Assembly: GCF_001194135.2 (NCBI RefSeq)
Contig: NC_068984.1
Coordinates: forward strand, 64,025,628 to 64,089,627
Direction: 5' to 3'
Source of the DNA: Octopus bimaculoides
Lineage: Eukaryota
DNA: 64,000 nt
The position numbers and the translations under genes are program-made. The notes beneath the pieces were generated by a model. That model was given only the letters and a program-made list of their open reading frames with translations, made no database searches and had not been told where the DNA came from. Below are positions 24,271 through 37,747 of the stretch, piece after piece. Position 1 is the stretch's first letter. Each line of letters opens with the position of its first letter.

Positions 24271-25751
24271 TGGTTATTGAATGCTGTATATCATGACTTA
24301 TATAACACAATGAAACGTACTTTCAAGAAATACCGTACTATACTATTACTTGGTTCTCAATATATATTTCAGCAGAATTAAATTGTTTATGACATAAAGT
24401 GAACAAGATCAATAATAGCAGCTGCATAGAAAGTGATCTTCCACGACCTTTCTTTTTTTTTTAACCAAAATATTGAAAAGAATGACTCCATATGGAAGAT
24501 TCGAACATGTCTGTAAAGGCTACAATAAAAAAAGTTTTAAAAATTAAGTTACCTTACGTATAATACTGTCATCGTAGAAATACTATCCCTTCATCTTTGG
24601 TTAATAAAGTTGGATTATTATTGATGATTCCATAGCAACTTATTGAATATAGAGAACTTTGAGATCATTTTTTCCTTCGAATTTTATAATACTTGAAGAG
24701 TTATTTCCATATGACGGGGGAAATATATTCATGTTATTCCATGATATATGCAAAGAAAAGTATTTCTGTTAAAGAAACTTATTTCTTTCTCAAACTTCTC
24801 AAGTTCTCAAATTTTTAAACTATAGAGGAATAGTGATAACTTCCTTTCCGCATCATTTACTACAGTTCAAATGTTAGTTAATGGTGGGTGACAAAATCGA
24901 CACGAGAACGAGAGGCTAATGATCATTCTTGTATGTATATCGTATCTGATTATTTTCGCCCATAGCAAAAGCATTAAACTCTCAACCATTTCAGCGCCCG
25001 GTCAATAGGAACAATCTAAAGATACAATGCACTGCTGAAAAGAAAAGTAACATCCTTTTGTGATAATAGAACAGATTGTTAGCTTGCACAAGTGATTTTA
25101 ATTGATACTGCTTGTGACCGTAGCAGATTATTTATTAAAGTTGAATATTTTCCACTATTGTACGCAACGATTATATTCACTATTGCTTAATATGGACACA
25201 TTTTTTTAGATATATTTGATTTTATATCATGTATATAAAATCATTCTTTAGAATTGGAATTACAGTTCATTAGTGGTTATATTGAATACAGCTGATATCT
25301 ATATTTTTTATGATTCCAAAATACATTGTTAGATACATGAATGGATATTTTTTAAAGATAATAGAAGTTAATCCATCATTAACAACAGCGTAGGTAGATG
25401 AACAAAAGTGCATTGAATTTGTTGCTTTCGTCCATATCGTCACTCAACATTTGCTACAAAACAAAATTTAGAGCACTGTGAAAGTAAAACAGCAATCAAA
25501 GACGGCTTTGTAATATGGTCCACTAAATCTGCCACTTTCAATAAAAGGACACGAATGAGATATTTCGTATTATAAATTGAAAGTAACATAATTTCCAAAA
25601 AGATGTTATTGCTAATGGATATATATGAAGATGTGAAGTGTCAACTTAGAATAATATTTTGATTTACATTTATATGTAATACGGTTTGCTTTTCTGAGAC
25701 ATTTACTGTAACCTTATTGTATAGGCTTGAAAACAGTGGGAAAGATACATA

Positions 25752-25784
25752 GTAGACAGACAGACAAACCGATACAGACAGATT

Positions 25785-25841
<57 letters not shown>

Positions 25842-25935
25842 GGAGAGAGATAGAGGTATACAGGTAGATAGATATATATATAGAGAGAGATTGATAGATA
25901 GATGGATAGAGAGATAGTTGGGAGAGAGAGACACA
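25752..25935. repeat. Compound (GACA)n/(GA)n/(GATA)n microsatellite
   Basis: Seen directly. Confidence 0.9.
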
Positions 25936-27886
25936 TCTTAAAATTGATTGAAATCTCTGAAGAGAAGCTAATATTTCAATTATTGTAATTCACATCATTT
26001 TAATTGCTTATATATGTTTTCACCGACTCGAACAAAAATAGTCTCTATTGATTCAAATATCCGTAGCTATTCAGTCGTAAAAATTGTTAATGGTATTTAT
26101 CTTCATAAAGAAACAATAAGATTCAATTAAGAGCCATTTCCTATTTGTCAGGTACTTGCATGACCAGTTTTATCAAAAACAAAAGCGTTAATTAGATATC
26201 AGAATCGGATAAATGTAAAGATTTATTAGATAATATCATGACTGCGGTAGTCTGTTCAAATGTGCAACATATTTACGTAGATACAGCCTTATCTTGCAGT
26301 ACATCAGGCTGTAAAATGAATCAACATTACATTTTGAATGTTCTAGGTGTGTCGTTGCCATTTTATCTATTACTTCTAATTTCTTACACAAACTAACAGA
26401 AACTGTTTATTTATGACATATAAACTGCATTATAGATGTCAAATATCTCTACAAAATGTTACTTATCATTCTGTAATAAGTATAGTAGAATATTGAACAA
26501 CATTGATAAAAGTAGTAGTACAAGTATAGTGATTTAATGTCTATCTATCGCTTTTAGATGAATTCACATTGGCTGAAATAAATTCGAGATTAAGTAGGTG
26601 ATCGAAGGGACTAGATGTTTCAAGTTACCACATTTGCTTCTTGTATTTTGAACAGACTTCTTATTTCTCATCATTAACAGTATTTTATCACAATGAAATA
26701 TCAAGGATGGAAACTTGCTGGTTTGGCAGAAAATGTAGTTTAATTTTTGATATTTTCTTTAACCCAAGCGAGTATCAAAACTATAATTGCTTGACATTCG
26801 ATAATTTTATTTATATCCCCCTAGCTTGTTAGCAGCAATGACATCGGATATAGGACAGTGCAACTCTCATATTGGTAAGTATACTTCGAGTATTAGTGAC
26901 GTAAAATAAATGAATTTTGCACAAATTTATGTATTATGTGCTTGCACAAATTTCTGCATTTGGTGGTAGTAATGTAGTTTTTGTGCATTCATTGATGTTG
27001 TTAGTTCTAATTCTATGTAAAATCATATAGGCACATTCCGTAATTTTAACAATTAAAACTGTTTGTTCGGACATTTCCCGTCAAGTATTGCTATTATTTA
27101 TGCTATAGATTCCAGTTTCACAGCAACGGATTCGTTTGTGGCCAATTGCTACTTTCCTACTGTATTCAGCCCAACTCACCACTGTAGCGGTCGGAACAAC
27201 AATATTATTTCTTAACATCCATGCATTACTGATTTTTCTAGCACTTATATTTGTAAATTCTCTTAAAAAATTGAACTTTTTTACGTGATTCGAAGACCAA
27301 ATTTTCCTATTCGTTCCTTCCTAGTTTATTTAAACTTGTAGATCATAAATAGAACAAGAATAGTTAGATTGAATAATTGTTGATCGAGGTTTTTATTAAA
27401 ACAATAAATAATAATCGATGTCATATGAGACGATGGGTACAATATGTACAAACATTTTAAAATCCTTTTATTTATCGAAAACGTACTCCAAATTACGACG
27501 CAGTATCGAGTGAGCTATATATATTCTGGACATATCATAAATAGTTTCTATTTTCATATCGTGATTTATTTTCAGTTGGTTGTCATATATATGTTTTGCA
27601 ACACTGTTTTATGACTTAAAATATTGTATGTACACTTAAGGTAAAGTACATTTTGTATAGTAATTTCAATATGAGAGTGACGAATAATGATGATTTTCCA
27701 AATAAGCATATACTCACTTACACGTAACATCAATCATAGAATAGGCTTCGTTGCATGTCTTGAACGTATTTATCAGCCCTGAAAGGACGAAGGTAAATGT
27801 CAACACTTTTCATACGCTAGCAAACATTTACGTAAATCGTAGAACACACGTTTTTAATATGATTTGCTCAAAAGAATTACGTATTA

Positions 27887-28604
27887 TTTTACTTGTTTCA
27901 GTCATTTGACTGTATCCATGCTGGAGAAGCGCTTTTTAGTCGAGGAAATCGATCACTTGACGTATTCTTTATAAACTTCGTGCTTATACTATTGTCAGAC
28001 CGCTAAGTAACGAGGACGTAAAGGAATCAACATCGAACGAGGGAGAGGGACAAGCAGGCACAAACACACACATAAATAAATGAATATATAAATATATATA
28101 TATATATATANNNNNNNNNNNNNNNNNNNNNNNNNNNNNNNNNNNNNNNNNNNNNNNNNNNNNNNNNNNNNNNNNNNNNNNNNNNNNNNNNNNNNNNNNN
28201 NNNNNNNNNNNNNNNNNNNNNNNNNNNNNNNNNNNNNNNNNNNNNNNNNNNNNNNNNNNNNNNNNNNNNNNNNNNNNNNNNNNNNNNNNNNNNNNNNNNN
28301 NNNNNNNNNNNNNNNNNNNNNNNNNNNNNNNNNNNNNNNNNNNNNNNNNNNNNNNNNNNNNNNNNNNNNNNNNNNNNNNNNNNNNNNNNNNNNNNNNNNN
28401 NNNNNNNNNNNNNNNNNNNNNNNNNNNNNNNNNNNNNNNNNNNNNNNNNNNNNNNNNNNNNNNNNNNNNNNNNNATATATATATATATACGACGGGATTA
28501 TTTCCGTTTCTCGCTACCAAATCCAGTCATAAGGCTTCGGTTAGTAGAACTGAACGCGGAACCTTGTGGTTGGGAAGCAAGCTTCTTGCTACACAACCAC
28601 GTGC
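27887..28604 (-). mobile_element. SINE family A copy spanning an assembly gap in its internal microsatellite
   Basis: 3' half lies left of the gap (tttacttgtttcagtcatttgactg...) and 5' half right of it (atacgacggg...accttgtggttgggaagcaagc). Confidence 0.8.
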
Positions 28605-28828
28605 TATATGTATTTATAGTATCATATTCATTGATCACTTCCCACTTGTTAATATGATTGTGCTGCTCTAAACCAGCCACAGTTGTGTAGAATAAAGTCA
28701 GAAGTATTCCAAGTGTAAGTAGCACTCCTTTCTAAGAAGAGCGCATCTAGTACAAAATACTTATATATTTTTCATGTGTTACGTGATTAGAATTTGGGTG
28801 CTAGTTCTAGAAAAAATAGAGCAAAGAT

Positions 28829-28948
28829 AGGGCAACTGCGTAGTGTTTGCATATTCAGGGCAACTGCGTAGTGTTTGCATATTTAGGGCAACTGCGTAGT
28901 GTTTGCATATTTAGGGCAACTGCTTAGTGTTTGCATATTTAGGTCAAC
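28829..28948. repeat. 28-bp minisatellite, about 4.3 copies (AGGGCAACTGCGTAGTGTTTGCATATTT)
   Basis: Units start at 28829, 28857, 28885, 28913 and 28941, with at most 1 difference per unit. Confidence 0.95.
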
Positions 28949-30104
28949 ATCGAGACAAGAGGAAAGTATGGCAACGATGACCATAAAACAATGAACTGTA
29001 AAATATTTAACTCCAATAACTACTTAATCCAATAACCAAGGATGATATAAAGAACCACTGTTCTTTATACATTCTTCAAATACTCATATTGCACATTGTG
29101 CTGTTAAGTTGCTATAATTAATTGAATGGGCGTCTTTACAAGAAGCAGTCAATCGCGGTGGTATTTGAAAATATAATATAGTTGGTTGAAGCAAAAGATT
29201 GTGTCAGTTAGGTTTATGTTCAAGTATATAAAAGTATGCTAATATTGGTATATAAGGTAGCTATGAATTTTCCTTTGATGCAAGACTGTACATATACCGA
29301 CGGACGTTAAGTAATGAGCTTAATGTTCTTTAATTTTTGTTTTGTACGGAATAATCTCGTATTATATTAACCATGATGGTGTTTGAACTATGTGTGTAAA
29401 GGTAATTGAATAAGTATTTTTTGACAGTTAGGTCTAAACTTTATTTTTCTGTTAGTACACTGCACTAATAAAAGGTAGTATATTGACATCTCGTAACTAT
29501 GCAAAGTCAGCAAGCTGTGAACGAATGGTGAAATCGATTGAATCTACCAGACAATGGATACTTGTTAATATCTGTCCCCATTTGACGGACGTCAATAAAT
29601 TTTCATCACCTTGCTCACTGCATCAGCAACTATGTTCCCTTTTGGCAGTCTCGCATTTTTCTTATATGTAAATATTAACAATTTGATTTAATGGATACGA
29701 AATTTCAAGATGAGGAAATGTGTATAGATATGCAGTGCTGGAGAGTATTTCTGTATTATTTAGATATTAGGCGCAATGTGAGTTAAAATGTATGATGATA
29801 TCTTAACTTATTCTTTCAATTTTCTTCAATTTTTTTTTAAGAGTGGTTAGTACATAATACTATGAATGAGATGCAAATTTAAAGAGCTAAGTAATGCTGG
29901 CATGTATCAGTACATTCATATTGGTATTACGAATATCACACCTCTGCGAAATATCACCTTGACTAGAAATCGTGTGTGAAAAGGAAAAGTAGTAAAGTGG
30001 AAGTTTTGTCTTCGAAATAGCGCTCTAAAATCATCTATCTGCAATTACTTTATATAACAGTGATGTGTTAATTTAATTATATTGTAGCATGAAACGTCGA
30101 TATA

Positions 30105-30722
30105 AACAACACACACACACACATACACGCATGCTAAGCAACACGCATACAAAACACGCGCACTCAACCATTGCAATACACAGACACAGAGAAATTATTT
30201 GTGTGTGTGCATGTTTGTATATATACATGCACAGACACACACACACATACATATATATAGATACACAATATACAATCCGAGTAGAAGCCTAAACTATACA
30301 TATATATATATATATATGTATACATACATATATGTATGTATATCTATATATGTATATCAATATGTATATATGTATAAATATATATCTGTGTGTGTTTGTG
30401 TGTGTAAGTGTGAGTGTGTATACGTACATACATACCTACATACAGTTTATATCTACATAAATATGCATATATGCGTATAAATATATGCAAGTGTATAGAC
30501 ATATGCATAATACAGAGGGTCACATACATAATGCATGTACGTAGCATCCATGTATATATATATATATATATATATTTATTTATTTATTTATTTGTGTGGT
30601 GGAATGAGTGTGTGAGCATGGGTGTATGTGTGAGCGTGCGTCTGTGTGTGTGTCCGTGTGTGTGTGTGTGTATGTGTGTGTGTGTGTGTGCGTGTGTGTG
30701 TGTGTCTGTGTGTGTATTTATG
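30105..30722. repeat. Compound (CA)n/(TA)n/(TG)n microsatellite field
   Basis: Seen directly. Confidence 0.9.
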
Positions 30723-33333
30723 TAATGTAAATGTGAAGCATTCTGCAAATTATTTCAGATCAATTAATGGATATCGAATTTACGTGTTGATCAACTAGCG
30801 TTTGTTGACCTACTTGCAATTATATAAGCAAATGTGCCTGGAGATATATTCAATCTAGCTTCTGTAGGAAAATAGTTCAATGCCCTTGTAATTCCGAGAT
30901 AATATTATTTGCATTTATCCCCCGAAATCATTTTCAATCATCCAAATACTAGAGTCATCAAAAATAATGCTCTTCTTTATGATTAATTAGTTAAACTTTG
31001 CATGAATTTTATTGAAAAATTGAATATATACATATTTCTTTTTTTTTTTGCTTATATGTATCTGCGTCTGAACGTATCCCTTTAATTTCTTCAATTATGG
31101 TAAAGTTCTACACGGTTAAGCTGGCTGAATCCTTTTCGTGTGGGACAAAAATGAATTTTAGCATTAATTTTGGTTGTTTACGTCCCGAGTTTAAAATTCC
31201 ATCGGTGTCAAATTAATATGTTATCCTTTGGAGGACCATAAAATAGTATTAGTTGACCAAATAGTTGAGTTAATCGGCTATCCACTCTGTTAAAATTGCT
31301 GTTCTCTGGCCAAAAACTGAAACCGTTATTATAACATCTATTAGATCATTCCTAAAAATATGAACACATCTACTTGTATCATAATTATTTTCTTTATGTT
31401 TCTCGGATGAGAAAGTGTACAATGGATGATCGCCTTAAAATAACAAATACTTATTAGAAAAGATATATAAATGAGTCAGATGTCTAAAATATGTTCAATA
31501 AAAAAAAAATCTTTGTTTAAGATGTGTTCACTGTTGACCAAATGTTAATTTGTTAATCTTAGTTATTAAGAGTTATAATTAATGTGGACAAAAACAAAAC
31601 TGAATATGAATATTATAATTTTTCAATATTTTTCTTTTATTGTGTGCTTTCAGGACACCAAATGAAGTCAGTGCGAGTTTTAAATGAGTACATTACGTAA
31701 TAAATGTACAGAGTTCAGTAAAGCTCTTTTACGTAGTTATGCATATTTGTAATTCGTTGTGGTTTCGTTATTTGTTTCTCTGTATATTTTTAATCATAAC
31801 ATAAAAAATGCCTATTATTATACGAAGTGTTTGCTTCTAGTCCTCACATTCTGGTCATCTTTATTTTCATATTTATGTACACAGACACGCACACACATAA
31901 TATATATATATATATATANNNNNNNNNNNNNNNNNNNNNNNNNNNNNNNNATATATATTAAAGGTGAACATGCCGTGCGGCCAGATAATGAAATTGAAAG
32001 GGAAAATATTAAGGTGCATTAATGTTTCTTCAACCTTTTGTATTTTATTTAATTTTGATATAAGACCACTTTCCTATTGGTTACAATTATAGAGATATAT
32101 TTAGTAACATTAGTACTAAAGTCAGTTATTAACTTGAAACACATTTGCATCTGCAACCAGCGAACACTTCATCCAAGTGCGTAATCAACCCCCACCCTAA
32201 TAGGCAATATATTTTGCGAGAACCATCATTTGGTTTCAAAGATCAACGCCGCTAATCCCTGCACCCGTTCAAATTAAGATTCACGCAGCACCAATATATT
32301 TCAAACCGTCAACCAGATGAATAGACAGATTTTACTGACTAAAATTGGACAAGCTAAATTCTGGAAGTTTAATAATAAATAGTATAACGTTGACTCTACT
32401 AAACAGACATTTTAAGGTAGATATACTTGCAAAATTGTATTTCTGAAATATATCAATATTATCTTTTATTGCCATACCATAAATTAATTGAAATTCAGGG
32501 ATGTTCTTTCTGCAATCATAAACTACAAATATTGCAGCTGAACCATCAGTTACCTAGCGATTACATAATATTTCAATCCGAGTAGAAGCCTAAAATTATG
32601 CAGCTCTGTTTACTTTGCATTGAATAATAATTTCGCATATCTCATTCAGCCAGAGTCAAATAAACGCCGACGATATGTTCAGCGTTTACATAACATTTTT
32701 CAGTTTGAAGACATACATATACATCCATATTAATACCAAGAGAGGGGAAGGGGAGAAAGAGATATCGTTCTTCCAAATAACTTTTAATAGTGTTACTCTC
32801 TTAGCAAATTCGCATTTTTAATTTTAATCTTCATTACGTTCATGCTATATGCGTATCATTCAATTCTGTAACTACCGAATAATTAAATATTAAATGTTTT
32901 GCGACCATATATAAACCATAAAATAGTCATTAATNNNNNNNNNNATATATTTGAAAAGATTTGTAAAAGTACCACACGAGTAAGTAGATGTTGAATGTGA
33001 ATAAAAATGAAAATGCCACTTTTTAAAAACATTTTTTGGGTGTTTAATTAATTTACATATTTCGGTTTTTTTTTTTTAAACCTTATCAAAAATGAATATA
33101 ATATATGTGAGAAGAGAAAAGGGCTATTTATAAGATAAAATTGAAACTAAAATTAAGAATGACACTCATAGTTTACTGTTATTTCTTGCATGCGCACGTG
33201 GTCCTTTCATTGAGTTCTGAAAACATGGTAATTCCTACTTGTTGTGCGAGAAGATTACTACTATCTGTTTTAGTAAATTAAATAGTATCAAGAATTCTAG
33301 GAGTGGTTGTAGATGTCGAATAACTAGCATCAA

Positions 33334-33348
33334 TAATGATAATAATAA

Positions 33349-33405
<57 letters not shown>

Positions 33406-33924
33406 GCGTCGTCGTGGTGAAGTTGTTCCCCCTATGGTTTTAATAGAAATCGGGTTCTTCGATCCCCTTTGTTTATTTTTTATGAATAACTTGCAAATCC
33501 ACGTATAAATATATTAAAATATATATGAAAGTCTCAGTGTTGCTAGTTTAGAGAATTTAGACATGGTGGGTATTTTCTTATAAAAAATATTTCCTTGCTA
33601 ATGCATTCATTTTGGCTAGCATTTTCTTTGAATTTGTATAGTGGAAACGTTGTGAACTTGGGAAATTTGTTGTAAGCACATTCGTCGATGTAGTGGCTGA
33701 GAGCATTAGCAAGGAAATATTTCTTATAAGAAAATACCGACTAAGTCTAAATTCTCTAAACTAGCAACACTTTGACTTTCATATATATTTTAATATATTT
33801 ATACGTGGATTTGCAAGTTATTCATAAGAAATAAACAAAGGGGATCGAAGAACCCGATTTCTATTAAAACCATAGGGGGAACAACTTCACCACGACGACT
33901 CCCACCACTACTACTACTACTACA

Positions 33925-33979
<55 letters not shown>

Positions 33980-33994
33980 TTGTTATTATCATTA
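33334..33994. repeat. Long inverted repeat: arms 33334-33604 and 33703-33994, 98-bp spacer
   Basis: About 8 mismatches over about 200 non-microsatellite bp by manual comparison; the outer parts are (TAG)n and (CTA)n. Confidence 0.95.
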
Positions 33995-35054
33995 CTGCTG
34001 TTATTATATTACTGCCATATAGTCTTAAGGATTTCTAATGTTTTACAATATTACTGTATACGACTTTTCAGTTCGTGTTTACGTGTAAGCGCAAAGGAAC
34101 AATCCATTTAATGTTATGATTTCACAAGGGAAATTATTGATTGAAACTGTAATTTTATCTGAATCAAGTAACGACATGGGCATGAGTAATCCAAATAAAT
34201 GGCCTTAAACACTGGAAACAACGGTCGTTGTAGGAGTACGTTAGCATGCTGAACAGCTGTCATATAATTGGCCTTAAGAAGTTGTGAACTTTCTGAAACC
34301 GGATTGAATTAGCTTCGAATGCTGGAATACCATATGTGAATTGTCAGGGGATTATTGATATGAAAGAAATTACACATGGGCTGTGGTAAAAAAACCCGCT
34401 CAAGTACTGGTGTAAGCTTGTTCATTGTTTCGATGTGACAATATTTTGGTACGTTCTACTGCAATGGATTCGTGTTAACTAATGATCTTTCACACTTTGT
34501 ATACTTTGACGTAGAAAGGCCTCATATTATGAATTTTCAAATACAAACGACCATCGAAGCAATTTATTGAAGTGATACGATCTCAAAATAAAGGACTTTG
34601 TACTGATATTAACGTGCCTTTAATGCATATAATTTTCATATTCACTTAAAAAGTTACGTTCATCCTTGTTTACACGCATATCTGCATGCATACATATAAA
34701 AATAAATGCATAAATATATGTACGTGTATATGTGTGTGTCTGTTTGAATGCATACGCGTATGCTTTTATATATATGTTTGTGTGTATCTGTATGTTTGTC
34801 TGTGTGTTTCTGTATCTGTGTGTGTATGCGTGTGTCTGTGTGTTTATGTATATATGTATGTATGTATTTTTCGGTGTATAAATATATATATCTATATTAA
34901 ATAACATAGAAAACGGAGACTTGGCACATTTAAATAAACTTTTCTTGAAGTGGAAATAAACTGACTTCTAGTGAAGATTGAAACTGAATTTAACTGCAAA
35001 GGAGAGATAATTGTAGGATCGTTAATATAATATCAGTCATATTTTTTCTAAAGA

Positions 35055-35731
35055 AAATGGGACTTCCTGGGGCGTATCCCCGCCTTATAACCGTCGTTAA
35101 GTTATGCTACCTTTGCTCCAGCAGATATAATTCATAGACATATTATTTACATGCATAAGGAATTGCATGAAAGAACGATCCCGACACGAACTGAGAGGAA
35201 ATACAATCAACGAGTGGTAACTGATGAACTTCGTTACGGGAAAAAATTATACTAACTTGTCACAACATTCTCAGTGGATACAGGAATGGAGTTCAGGCAA
35301 AATAAATGCTCATACATGATTATCAACCACAATAAGTTTGTCAAACAGTCAGAGAGCCTTAACATCAGTGGCGTGTGTCTACCTGCCCTGTTCCTAATGA
35401 TAAACACTAAAAGTATTATGGAATTGATAAAAATGTTGCATATGTTAGTGCTATGAGTAAAATCAGAGAAACGAAAGGATGATGTATTAGACAGAGCTGT
35501 CTTCTATTAAAGCTATTGTAGCACCAGGGCTTGTACCAACATTTGGTATATTAGAATGAAGATCTCATGAGATCCGCTGTCTAGACATCAAAATTACAAA
35601 CATATTGACCACCACTGGCAACATCAAAATTAACGAAGACACTGATAGAATATAAGGTCACTCCAAACGGCCTTTGAGTGTTGTATTCTATCATTCAGAC
35701 AACAACTACTGGAGACTAACGAACGTAAATT

Positions 35732-35762
<31 letters not shown>

Positions 35763-36820
35763 AAAAGAAAGTACATTACCTAAGTACTCAAAAGTTAGAG
35801 CAACAACGTCTTCAGAGTAGGGGAAGAACTCCTGAGCATATTTATCTTAGTGTACAACAGTTCCACGTGACCTATACGAAACTGGATTGACCAATCTAAA
35901 CAGAAACTTAAAGGGAAATCAATTACAAATCAAGGTACAAATCTTGCATGTAGGAGAATAACTGCAACATTGTCAGAAAGAGTACATTTTCTGGATCTTC
36001 GATATATATATCACATCCGAACTAGAAGGACAGGCCTTCGTTATCCACGTACAGGAGACAGTTTCTAAATACCAGATAAACAAGAGAGACAACAAGGCCA
36101 CCAAACCTCTGGGGTGTAATAGAAAATGGAAGTTATAGTATACCAGTATGGAAGATATCATCTACAATATCAGTAGCTGCTCCAAAATGTCTACAAGATA
36201 TTACAAACCCTTCAGACATGATATAGTTACAAACATACATTTACAGTGCTATCCGAAGGAAGGATTGCCCTGATGGATACATCAAAAGCATGTCAGAGCA
36301 AGATTATAATTACATCTTTAAAAACAAGTAATATTGGCGAAATAATCCAGTAAAAACACCATGTGCAACAACTATAATTATTGTAGAGGAATTGAAATGA
36401 TTCGTTGATGTCAATCACAGCATTCAAAGTTGCTAAATCCGATGAATATATATTTTCTTGTTAACTACTTTTAAAAAATATATATTTTCTATATTGTTGT
36501 GTTAGAAGATGGTCATATTTTCCCAATTAAACAAACATACAGTATATATTTGGTCAGCTTTATTATTATTGTATTAGTATCTTAGTCAAAGATCTTCCAT
36601 CACACGTTCTGGCGAAATAATCCAATAAAAACAGTAATCATGAGTAAAACAAAATAGACCTAAGATTGTTCTTTGAATCAGGTATCATTGTCGAGGTCAG
36701 CTGTCTAGCGGATGTGAACGCACCATCAAAAGTTCAGGAAAAGGAGTACATTAAACTACGGATTTCCACAAAGACTTGGAAATGCTGGGATTTGCTAAGA
36801 AAAGGCAATAGAAACTGACT
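35055..36820 (+). mobile_element. Decayed R4/Dong-clade (RLE-type) non-LTR retrotransposon, RT C-terminal half to RLE
   Basis: Ordered motifs: FSVDTGMEFRQNKC, KYYGIDKN, LVPTFGILE, DTDRI, TSELEG, decayed CCHC region CNRK..EDII..ISSCSKMSTRYYKPFRHD, YWRNNPVKT, IIVEVSCLADVN...QEKEY, LEMLGF. A (GAAA)n tract is inserted at about 35732-35770. Confidence 0.8.
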
Positions 36821-37440
36821 CGCATTTCCAATTTTAATCTAAAGAAGGAAGAGTGAAAATTTGCAAAATATTTCAAGCATTCTTCATCTGATAATCCTTA
36901 TATACATATTTGCACAATTTTGTTTTGTGCTTCTGCGGAGACACATAGGTAAAAGTAGTAATAATGCACATGCACACATACAGTAACGCACAAACACAGA
37001 TATGCACAAAGACCTGAGCACTACAGAGACATCTTCACACAGAACATAAGTGAAGGAACGTACACCTACATAATGCACACACTAGCTCGAACATATATTT
37101 ACAAGCCGAAACTGTTTTAATTCAAAAAGACTTTGCACATCGTTAGCGTCTGTGTTGAACTACATTAAGAAGTTAAAGAAATCTCAAAGAATAACATATA
37201 CATAATTGTTACTTTGCTTAAGACAGGAATACCTCCAAGCGTTTGTAGTGATCTTGACGCCCAGAACCTGGAGTAATTATATATTCAATGTAATTTAATT
37301 TCAGCAGCTACATATATTTAACTATGTTTTACTGCTTAAAATATTATATCAAACATATCTGTGTGTGTGTGTGAATATATATATGTATATGTGTGTGAGT
37401 GTGTGTGTGTGTGTGTGTATGTGTGTGTGCATATGTGTCC

Positions 37441-37494
<54 letters not shown>

Positions 37495-37747
37495 ATTATA
37501 TATATATATATATTTGTATTATATATATGTGTGTGTATGTACGCTTACATACTTTCAAACATATGCACACATACACACATACACACACACATACATATAT
37601 ATATTTAAGTTCATTTAGAATGAACGCTTTTTTAAGTACATACGAAGAAGTTATTTTATCATGTAAGCTACAGCCTATTGATACCAACTAGCAGCAGCAG
37701 TTTACTGGGGTTGTACGTAGATGTGCCAATTTTCATTTATTCTTTTA

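Noticed and set aside
28829-28948. CRISPR-like array (28-bp repeats)
   Set aside because: The units are contiguous with no unique spacers, and the context is eukaryotic; it is a minisatellite.
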